Below are positions 35,652 to 42,447 of a stretch of 47,494 bases of DNA, one piece after another (within the stretch, counting starts at the first letter, position 1; every line of letters begins with the position of its first letter). This DNA is from a virus. The translations under genes and the position numbers were made by a program. The DNA lies in the IMG/VR virus record IMGVR_UViG_3300029868_000036, positions 1 through 47,494 of that record. One strand, 5' to 3'. The notes under the pieces were generated by a model that was given only the letters and a program-made list of their open reading frames with translations, did no database searches and was not told the DNA's origin.

Positions 35652-36299
35652 TTACCACTCTCTTCTGTTTTTCCCTCGGGAAATCTCTGCATTACTTACA
35701 CTGGCATATCTTGCCGTGGTTGCTATACTTGCATGACCTATATCTTGTCTTATGTGCTCAAGGCTCAAGTCTTTGCTATGAGCTGTAGTTATATAACCGC
35801 TTCTAAAGCTATGAGTAGAGTAGAGAGTTCCTAGAACTGAGTGTATAAACTTGTTCATCATAAGTTTAAGAGCACTTACAGTCATAGGTTTATCTGAGTT
35901 ATTTTTTGCAAAAAGATAGCCTATGTTTTTTTGTAGCAACTCTTCTAAAAACTTCACTTGCTCTCTGTTTTCATCAAATAATATAAGTCGTGGTGTTTTA
36001 GTCTTTGTCGCGTTTGTCAAAGAGTACTCATTATCTTGTACCATCTTTTGAATCTCATCTGTATGAATGTTTATAATCTCACTCACACGACACCCAGTTA
36101 AATAAAGCAGAGTAAATGCACTATGGAGTTTTACCTTTGTGCTACGCTTTATACTAAGACTCTTATGTGTTGCATTTATGAGTCTGTCAAACTCTTTTTT
36201 GAGTATGGGCTTTTTTACTCTGGTAGTTCCTATTTTCCTACCAACTTGTTCTTTTCCTTCTTGTAATCTCTGTAGATTTATTGATTTTGTATGATTCAT
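35652..36299 (-). CDS. Small tyrosine recombinase (Xer/resolvase-like)
   Basis: 215 aa. Catalytic motifs are TGCRVSE (Arg), HSFRSGY (His-x-x-Arg) and GHASIATTARY (His...Tyr). It has no long N-terminal arm-binding domain and sits directly upstream of parAB. Confidence 0.8.
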   Translation of the reverse strand: MNHTKSINLQRLQEGKEQVGRKIGTTRVKKPILKKEFDRLINATHKSLSIKRSTKVKLHSAFTLLYLTGCRVSEIINIHTDEIQKMVQDNEYSLTNATKTKTPRLILFDENREQVKFLEELLQKNIGYLFAKNNSDKPMTVSALKLMMNKFIHSVLGTLYSTHSFRSGYITTAHSKDLSLEHIRQDIGHASIATTARYASVSNAEISRGKNRREW

Positions 36300-36302
36300 A
36301 AT

Positions 36303-36524
36303 TTAATTCTCGCTTATCATAACAGCATGATAAAGAAAAATATCTTCATCTATTGCTTTAAGATGTTCAAAATCTTTTATGCGATTAAAATCTCTAATAT
36401 CTTCTATATCAATTACTATAGATTGTAAATCTACATCCTCATATATGAAAGTTCCATCTATCTTTTTAGATATCTTTTCATATAGTCTTGAATCCTTTAT
36501 ACATAAGGCACTTTGGCAATACAT
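36303..36524 (-). CDS. Hypothetical small acidic early protein
   Basis: 73-aa ORF with RBS aaaggagaag upstream. Confidence 0.4.
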   Translation of the reverse strand: MYCQSALCIKDSRLYEKISKKIDGTFIYEDVDLQSIVIDIEDIRDFNRIKDFEHLKAIDEDIFLYHAVMISEN

Positions 36525-36736
36525 ATCTTCTCCTTTAGTATGTTTTAGTTAAGCTTTCGCTTATCGCTTTTTGAATATAATCACTCATTCGTTCACAAGT
36601 ATCTCACTACTTGTAAACTGATGAATAATTCTTTTTAGAATACTTTTGTAGATAGTTTGTAGAATTTATTTTCTAGTCGTTCCAATAAACTATCTGCTTT
36701 TTTTATGAACTTCGCCATTTTCAGTTACCTCCCGTT

Positions 36737-37126
36737 TTAATATTCACAATGAGACATATATTCTTTAGCTGCCACTCTGAACTCTTCATCACTGAAGTTA
36801 AACTCTTCTAGTGCTTCTTTTGTGTCTGTTAAGTCTTCTCTAATACAATACTCATAGTTTCCAAGCTCATACCTAATAATCTCTGTTGGAGTAAAAAGCT
36901 CTTTTGCCTTAACTATGAACTCCTCTCCTCTTCCTTCTTGTTCTTTTATAAACATTTCAAAATTATCTTTTGGAACAAGCATTCCAAGCCCAGTAGAGTA
37001 ATACTCAACACCCTCTTTTTTACCCTCATCAAATTGTTCTTTACTAAATGCAAAAAATACACCGTATTTATTTAAAAGTTCTGTGTGTGCTGTTTCTCTT
37101 GTCTGCTTATATTCATAATATGTCAT
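36737..37126 (-). CDS. Hypothetical acidic early protein
   Basis: 129-aa ORF with tight spacing to the upstream gene. Confidence 0.5.
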   Translation of the reverse strand: MTYYEYKQTRETAHTELLNKYGVFFAFSKEQFDEGKKEGVEYYSTGLGMLVPKDNFEMFIKEQEGRGEEFIVKAKELFTPTEIIRYELGNYEYCIREDLTDTKEALEEFNFSDEEFRVAAKEYMSHCEY

Positions 37127-37128
37127 TT

Positions 37129-37365
37129 TTATTTCTCCTCTTCTTTTTTGGATAACTGATTTTCTAAAAGAACTGATATTTCTCTGAAAATCACATCATT
37201 CGCATTAATTCTTTTTTTTAATAAGAACTGCTCTTCTTGCTTTTCAAATAACAGCTTTTGTAAAACTCCAATGACAGGATATAAAGCTGTAATTGAGTTG
37301 TTAATATCTTCACTATCCTCGGTTAAAGCATCTAAATGTTCTTGGTGTGTGTTGTAGTTTTTCAT
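37129..37365 (-). CDS. Hypothetical small early protein
   Basis: 78-aa ORF, 2 nt after the upstream gene. Confidence 0.45.
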   Translation of the reverse strand: MKNYNTHQEHLDALTEDSEDINNSITALYPVIGVLQKLLFEKQEEQFLLKKRINANDVIFREISVLLENQLSKKEEEK

Positions 37366-37367
37366 AT

Positions 37368-37667
37368 TTAATCCTTTGTTGTTTCATCTTCAAGATAGTC
37401 CATTAAATCTTGAATACTTTCTGTTACTGTTAAAAAGTGCAGCTTGCAATATTTATACACTTCACTCTTGTTAAAATCTATATCTATTAAGTAAGAGCCA
37501 TTTGATGATACTACAGTTATGTTCTCATGTGGTAATCTTTGTAGCTTCTCTAGTAGTCTCTCTAAAGCAAATAAATATGACCATCTATTTTTAGTACCAT
37601 CAACATCTGTGTCTGCAAATGCTGTTAATCCAGCTAAACCTTTTAAATCTTTTAGTAAAACTTTCAC
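37368..37667 (-). CDS. Hypothetical early protein (GTG start)
   Basis: 99-aa ORF with AAGGAG 8 nt upstream of the GTG. It is the first sizeable gene of the - strand early operon. Confidence 0.5.
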   Translation of the reverse strand: MKVLLKDLKGLAGLTAFADTDVDGTKNRWSYLFALERLLEKLQRLPHENITVVSSNGSYLIDIDFNKSEVYKYCKLHFLTVTESIQDLMDYLEDETTKD

Positions 37668-37806
37668 TTTATACTCCTTTAAGAGATTTTCTAATTTTTA
37701 GAGCTTGTATAAGGAGATATACAACTGGAACTACTATAAAAGCTAGTTCAACTAATGTTTTAGCTTGATTTATATTTTCATATAACATTTTGTTTCCTTT
37801 ATTAAA

Positions 37807-37891
37807 AGTCACTTATGAATGACTTTGTGTATTTGAAAGTCTAAGATATGTTACCTTAAAAACATATTAAAATAGTCATCTATTCGTGACT
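37807..37891. promoter_or_regulatory. Two operator-like sites AGTCA-N8-TGACT in the divergent promoter region
   Basis: The sites are AGTCACTTATGAATGACT (37807-37824) and AGTCATCTATTCGTGACT (37874-37891). The second is nested in an 11-bp inverted repeat, AACATATTAAA / TTTAATATGTT (37861-37871 / 37891-37901). Confidence 0.45.
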
Positions 37892-37939
37892 TTAATATGT
37901 TTAAGTTAATTTATTCGTGTTTTTTGCTAAAATTGGAGC

Positions 37940-38137
37940 ATGAAAAATATAACTTATAAAGATATTGCAGAATATATTGGGAAATCAGAGGGTACAATTA
38001 AGAACTGGAACAAAAACTTCCCATCTTTACTAGCATTAGTAAAGCTTGGTGCATTTTGTAAAAAAAATGATTTAAGCCAAGAAAAAATAGAAAAGCTTGT
38101 AGAAATACAGGATGCGGTTAAAGGGGTTGAAGGATGA
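37940..38137 (+). CDS. Small HTH DNA-binding protein
   Basis: 65 aa. YKDIAEYIGKSEGTIKNWNK is a helix-turn-helix pattern. The gene is divergent from the early operon. Confidence 0.55.
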   Translation: MKNITYKDIAEYIGKSEGTIKNWNKNFPSLLALVKLGAFCKKNDLSQEKIEKLVEIQDAVKGVEG

Positions 38138-38583
38138 AAAAGATTGTATTAGTATTATTATTATTATTAGTTAGTAATAACTTACTTGCAGAAGATAACT
38201 TGAACTGGATGTTTGAAGACAAATCTAGTAATGAAGTAAAGCAAGATACAAAGATAACGAAAGCAAATTGTATCAGACCTATACAGCTAGAAGCACTTAA
38301 TGACAATAGAGACGTGCATACAATTAACAAAATGAGAGAACGATACTCTAGTTGCATGACCAACTTCATTAATAAACAAGTAGAACTATATAACATATCC
38401 AAAAACAATAACAATAGAAAATCATATATGATGTCTATAAATAAAGCCAAAGATGAACTTCATACATATCTTAATAAGGATATTGAAGAAAATCAACAGC
38501 ACCAGAGTACAGTAAAACTTGGTGGATTAGGTTATAAGAGAGAGTTAGAGGAAGAGAAGAAGAAAGTAGAAAAACTTAATTGA
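38134..38583 (+). CDS. Secreted protein with signal peptide (moron candidate)
   Basis: The N-terminus MKKIVLVLLLLLVSNNLLA-EDN is a signal peptide. The ATGA overlaps the upstream gene. Confidence 0.55.
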   Translation: MKKIVLVLLLLLVSNNLLAEDNLNWMFEDKSSNEVKQDTKITKANCIRPIQLEALNDNRDVHTINKMRERYSSCMTNFINKQVELYNISKNNNNRKSYMMSINKAKDELHTYLNKDIEENQQHQSTVKLGGLGYKRELEEEKKKVEKLN

Positions 38584-38966
38584 AAAACCTATTAATCTCT
38601 TTTATTATTTTACTTCCTGTGCTATCTATCAGTCTATTAGCTAGCTCACAGAATGGATATACTCCTCAAAAGATTAAAACACTCGCATACAACTACAAAA
38701 AAGTAAGAGAACATAGGCTTACTTTAAATATTGCAAAGAACCCACTTATATTCTTTATGTCTTATGAGTTTAAAGGTTATGTTACGGGTATACTAGATAA
38801 CGATACGAGTCTACATCAATGCAAAAAACAATATTCATACTCAGAGATAATATATAAAACAGCAATCGTTATTTCTGAATCTAAACTCGATAAAAAAGTA
38901 CAGTCTCATATTAGTACTCTTGTTGCAATAAATTTCGCTTGTGATAGTTCTAATTGGAGTAAATAA
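38580..38966 (+). CDS. Secreted protein with signal peptide (TTG start; moron candidate)
   Basis: The N-terminus MKNLLISFIILLPVLSISLLASSQ is a signal peptide. The TTGA overlaps the upstream stop. Confidence 0.5.
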   Translation: MKNLLISFIILLPVLSISLLASSQNGYTPQKIKTLAYNYKKVREHRLTLNIAKNPLIFFMSYEFKGYVTGILDNDTSLHQCKKQYSYSEIIYKTAIVISESKLDKKVQSHISTLVAINFACDSSNWSK

Positions 38967-39133
38967 GAGAGTCAATATTTCTACAATCATCTTAGCCATA
39001 CAAATGTATGCACTAAAGCACTAAAAGCCCTCACAGAGCGTCCTACAGCCATACAACTACAAGAAAACACTACAAACAGAGCAAAAAATTTTCCTAACAG
39101 CCGAGCCGCACATCTTCCACCACCTCACAAACT

Positions 39134-39160
39134 TCGCCGCCTTTTGAAATTTTTTTGGCT
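39134..39160. repeat. Left arm of a perfect 27-bp inverted repeat
   Basis: TCGCCGCCTTTTGAAATTTTTTTGGCT is the exact reverse complement of 39875-39901. Confidence 0.9.
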
Positions 39161-39428
39161 ATTTTTAGGTTATTCCGATTTTAATATGAGAAATAGAGTT
39201 GTATTAGAATAGCTATTATATAAAAGAGTTGAATCTGAGGACATCGGACTTAGATTCCGTGAGAACTACTGTTTTTACGGAAGGAATTGCAGGTTGAGTT
39301 TGGTTTTGTGAGATTTTTCGGAATGTTCGGGTTTCGGGTGTGGGGTTTATGTGGTGTTGAGTTAGTGGAACTGATGGGAAATTCCTAATAGTTGTATCGT
39401 TTTGCTGACATCGGGAAGATGATGCGAG

Positions 39429-39650
39429 TGGATTATGTTGTTTTTACTTACAATGCTATGATGTCGGGAAATTTAGTAAAAGTGGTGTAAACATATTTAA
39501 TTATTTATTTTAATATGTTTAGTTTAAGTTGAGATGGATTATATCTAAGTTTAGTGGTGTGTTTAAGGTTCGGGCTTGTTTTTGGTGGATTATGGCTTAA
39601 GGTTGGAGTGGTAGTCAATCATTAGTTGACTTGATGGTTCATGGATTATG
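39429..39650 (+). repeat. Four direct TGGATTAT(G/A) repeats (iteron-like) plus an AT-rich palindrome
   Basis: Copies start at 39429, 39535, 39586 and 39642 (spacings 106, 51, 56 bp). The AT-rich AAACATATTTAA-N8-TTTAATATGTTT lies at 39489-39520. Confidence 0.5.
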
Positions 39651-39874
39651 TTGATGGTGGTGTGGTGGTGCTTGTTTGTGGTGGTACTTACTTGTGGGTT
39701 GTGGTGGTGCTCAAAAAGTGTTTATCTCCTCTGAACTCCGTTGGGGGGGGTAATTCCCCAAGCCTGACTCTGTCTGAACTATATATGAGGTATTTGCCCT
39801 ATGAATATTTTAAACTAGATTTAGTTTCCCCTAAAAGTGAAACCAAAAAGACAGTGTGATACTCGTATAAATCA

Positions 39875-39901
39875 AGCCAAAAAAATTTCAAAAGGCGGCG
39901 A
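39875..39901. repeat. Right arm of the perfect 27-bp inverted repeat
   Basis: AGCCAAAAAAATTTCAAAAGGCGGCGA is the reverse complement of 39134-39160. The arms are separated by 714 bp. Confidence 0.9.
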
Positions 39902-40020
39902 TTTTTCAGGTTAAAATATCCATCTTGAAAATTTTGCGAATTTTCATACAAATAGAGTACTTTTTTTTACTTTTAAAAATGCTAGTATCTCTTGAAAGTA
40001 CCTTGACAACGAGCTTTGAA

Positions 40021-40085
40021 GTACTAGACACAAATGTAGTCTAGCTAGACACAATCGTGGTCGAGTACTAAACACAATTGTGGTC
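40021..40085 (+). promoter_or_regulatory. Three tandem operator-like repeats (consensus TA(G/A)ACACAAT-GTGGTC) downstream of the repressor gene
   Basis: The TAGACACAA/TAAACACAA cores are at 40025, 40046 and 40069 (spacing 21 and 23 bp). The third contains the palindrome CACAATTGTG. TTGACA is at 40003-40008 and TATAAT at 40088-40093. Confidence 0.5.
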
Positions 40086-40105
40086 ACTATAATAATACCA
40101 ACCTA

Positions 40106-40140
40106 TCCCTTATAAAATAACTAAAGGGAATTTTTACTTT
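40106..40140 (+). terminator. Weak candidate intrinsic terminator (+ strand)
   Basis: A 6-bp stem TCCCTT / AAGGGA with a 12-nt loop is followed by ATTTTTACTTTTT. The stem is short, so confidence is low. Confidence 0.3.
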
Positions 40141-40171
40141 TTACTAAAAGCTATAGATTTTTAAAAGAGTC

Positions 40172-40846
40172 TTATAGTTTAGATATTTGCATATTTGCAA
40201 CAACTCTTCCAATTATTCTAAAATCTTCACAGTCTGCTTTGAGTTGTGGGAAGAGTGGATTATCTGATTTTAAAATTATAGATTTATCACGAGGCTCTAT
40301 AAAAATTCTTTTCACATAGACTTCATCGCATAGGAATAGAACATATATTTTCCCGTTTACAGCATCAGTATCACTCTTGTCTATAAAAATTACATCTTCA
40401 TCTTCTATGGTCCCACTCATGGAGTTACCCACTACTCTTATGGCTTCAATGCTTTTAGAAGTAGTTGGAAGCATATCAGGAGCCATATTTATGTATATAG
40501 GTTTACAGTCTCCGTTGGTGCATCCATATCCAGCACTAGCATTAATATCCTTATAGTAAGGGATTGAAATTGTTTTTGAGAACATGGCACTCACTGCTGA
40601 TATATCACCAAGAAGTAAATCTCCATTATTTGGGATAGCTTCTCCTACTCCATCCTCAATCCATTCTTTAGAAAATCCATACCGTTCGCTCAATAGTGTA
40701 GAATCTTTAAGTTTTATATTTTTAGTTTTGTCTTGCTCCCAGCCCTTTATTTTCCCATCTGTACAGCTTAGTATATCGGCTAGTTCTTGCTGATTTATGC
40801 CTAATTTTTTACGAATAAATCTTATTCTATCTGATAACTTTTCCAA
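40172..40846 (-). CDS. cI: CI/LexA-like repressor (XRE HTH + S24 autopeptidase domain), TTG start
   Basis: The N-terminal HTH is IRKKLGINQQELADILSCTDGKIKGWEQ. The C-terminal S24 motifs are VVGNSMSGT (Ser) and VYVKRI (Lys). AAGGAG lies 5 nt upstream of the TTG. Confidence 0.85.
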   Translation of the reverse strand: MEKLSDRIRFIRKKLGINQQELADILSCTDGKIKGWEQDKTKNIKLKDSTLLSERYGFSKEWIEDGVGEAIPNNGDLLLGDISAVSAMFSKTISIPYYKDINASAGYGCTNGDCKPIYINMAPDMLPTTSKSIEAIRVVGNSMSGTIEDEDVIFIDKSDTDAVNGKIYVLFLCDEVYVKRIFIEPRDKSIILKSDNPLFPQLKADCEDFRIIGRVVANMQISKL

Positions 40847-40972
40847 TTTATCTCCTTGTTTTATCCCTAATTAATGTCTATATAAGATTTAAAGTACTAA
40901 ACTGACGGACATTAAAAGATATAAATAGTTATTTTAATACTATATTATACCTTAAATACGGAGATTTACATC

Positions 40973-41152
40973 ATGTGTGCGAATATTTTTACCATAAAAG
41001 AAGTAGAGTCTATCCTCAAAATAAATGAAAAAGCAGTCAGACATCTTTTAAATATTAAAAAACTAGAACATTTTAAAGTAAGTGGCAAGATCAGAGTAAG
41101 CGAAAATCAAATAGATGAGTATTTAGAGTCTGTAAAAGTATCTGCTGCATGA
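40973..41152 (+). CDS. Small excisionase-family (HTH_17-like) DNA-binding protein, divergent from cI (Cro/Xis-like); below the ORF-track cut-off
   Basis: Manual translation gives MCANIFTIKEVESILKINEKAVRHLLNIKKLEHFKVSGKIRVSENQIDEYLESVKVSAA (59 aa). GGAG lies 9 nt upstream. Its stop overlaps the next ATG (ATGA). Confidence 0.6.
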   Translation: MCANIFTIKEVESILKINEKAVRHLLNIKKLEHFKVSGKIRVSENQIDEYLESVKVSAA

Positions 41153-41817
41153 CTTACAACATAAACATAAATCAGTTAAAAGCTCAGGAGTGGGATTTAT
41201 CACTCAAAGCTTGTTTTGGAATGTGTAAGATGGCTGACTTGTCATCTTGGGCTAATCCTGTAGTGGTCGATAAAAAAGTTTATTATGTACTCTACAGGAA
41301 TAAACTACTCCAAGAGATACCCTTAGTTGGAAAATCTCTTACAACCGCTTCTCGCATAATTACTGAACTTGAAAACAAGGGTATTATTGAGTCAATAAAT
41401 AAAGCGACTACACCAGCTTATAGATTAACAGATAAAGGTAAAGAGTGGTTAAGTGATACTGCTTGCAAAATTTCAAATGATTGCGAAAATAATCCACTTG
41501 AAAAATCAGATGAAGAAAAGGTTACATTTACTTTTAGACTCAAAACAGAAATGGAATATGAAGATTTAAGTGATGATTATAAACATTATCTACATGATGG
41601 TTGCATGGTGTATCTCAAAAAAGAAGGACTTTCATCATCAAACTATGATGATTTTATAAATAAATATAAAAGTACTGGTAAAAAGTATAAAGACTGGAGA
41701 GCTGCTTTTAAAACATGGTGTGCTAATGCTATACGATATGGTGCAAAAGTAACTAAAACTCAAAAAAATAGCTCAAATGGTGGCGAAAGCTACTCTCTTG
41801 ATGATGTGAATTTATAA
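41149..41817 (+). CDS. Winged-helix-containing protein (replication initiator candidate)
   Basis: 222 aa. GKSLTTASRIITELENKGIIESINK resembles a MarR/wHTH recognition segment. The gene sits at the head of the replication module. Confidence 0.35.
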   Translation: MTYNININQLKAQEWDLSLKACFGMCKMADLSSWANPVVVDKKVYYVLYRNKLLQEIPLVGKSLTTASRIITELENKGIIESINKATTPAYRLTDKGKEWLSDTACKISNDCENNPLEKSDEEKVTFTFRLKTEMEYEDLSDDYKHYLHDGCMVYLKKEGLSSSNYDDFINKYKSTGKKYKDWRAAFKTWCANAIRYGAKVTKTQKNSSNGGESYSLDDVNL

Positions 41818-41818
41818 A

Positions 41819-42259
41819 ATGATTCGCTTACTTGATGGACTTGTTCTACTTAAAGAGATTGATGAGATAGATGGGATTGGATATACATCAAGTCAGCTCA
41901 AAATCATGCACCCTGAAAAAATTATAGTCATAAGACATAATTCATACATTTATAACAGTGCTTTATGTGATATAGCAAAAAAGAATGTAACTAATCTTGA
42001 TGATTATGTTCAGCTTGGTGCATTATCTGAAAATATAAACATTACAAAAAAGCAATTTTTACAGAGACTTCGATTTATGGAAAAAACAGGGACTAAGATA
42101 TTTGACTATATTATGGTTTCAAACATCTACTTTATAAAGCTAGATGATGAGTTTAAATACCTACTACAAAACTTTATACCGTTTGTCGCTACTTATGCCG
42201 ATGCACAACACATAGTTCACTGTAAAATGCTAGGTGACTTAAAGATAGGATTCTACTAA
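41819..42259 (+). CDS. Hypothetical protein
   Basis: 146-aa ORF, tightly packed between neighbouring genes. Confidence 0.45.
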   Translation: MIRLLDGLVLLKEIDEIDGIGYTSSQLKIMHPEKIIVIRHNSYIYNSALCDIAKKNVTNLDDYVQLGALSENINITKKQFLQRLRFMEKTGTKIFDYIMVSNIYFIKLDDEFKYLLQNFIPFVATYADAQHIVHCKMLGDLKIGFY

Positions 42260-42447
42260 TGGACAATACAAAATGGTTAAATACTGAGACATTGGCTCAA
42301 GAGTTTGGAATTGCTGGAAGTACACAAGCAAAAATGAGAAAAGAGAAAAAAATACCTTATTCAAAAGTTGGTGGATTTATATTTTACAGTAGAAAAAAGA
42401 TAGATGAATGGTTAGAACAACATAGCTTTGAAGCACAAGGAGTATAA
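42259..42447 (+). CDS. Excisionase-family HTH DNA-binding protein
   Basis: 62 aa. LNTETLAQEFGIAGSTQAKMRKEKKIPYSKVGGFIFYSRKKIDEWL is the AlpA/Xis-type HTH pattern. Confidence 0.6.
   Translation: MDNTKWLNTETLAQEFGIAGSTQAKMRKEKKIPYSKVGGFIFYSRKKIDEWLEQHSFEAQGV

Noticed and set aside
34960-35834. + strand ORFs 34960..35271 and 35625..35834
   Set aside because: They are antisense to parA and to the small recombinase, both of which have unambiguous catalytic motifs. Their translations are Ser/Leu-rich shadow products.
39641-39859. 72-aa ORF (MDYVDGGVVVLVCGGTYLWVVVVLKK...)
   Set aside because: The Gly/Val-rich translation is a direct by-product of the G+T-skewed non-coding sequence. There is no RBS, and the ORF spans the G8 tract. 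The region is better treated as non-coding.
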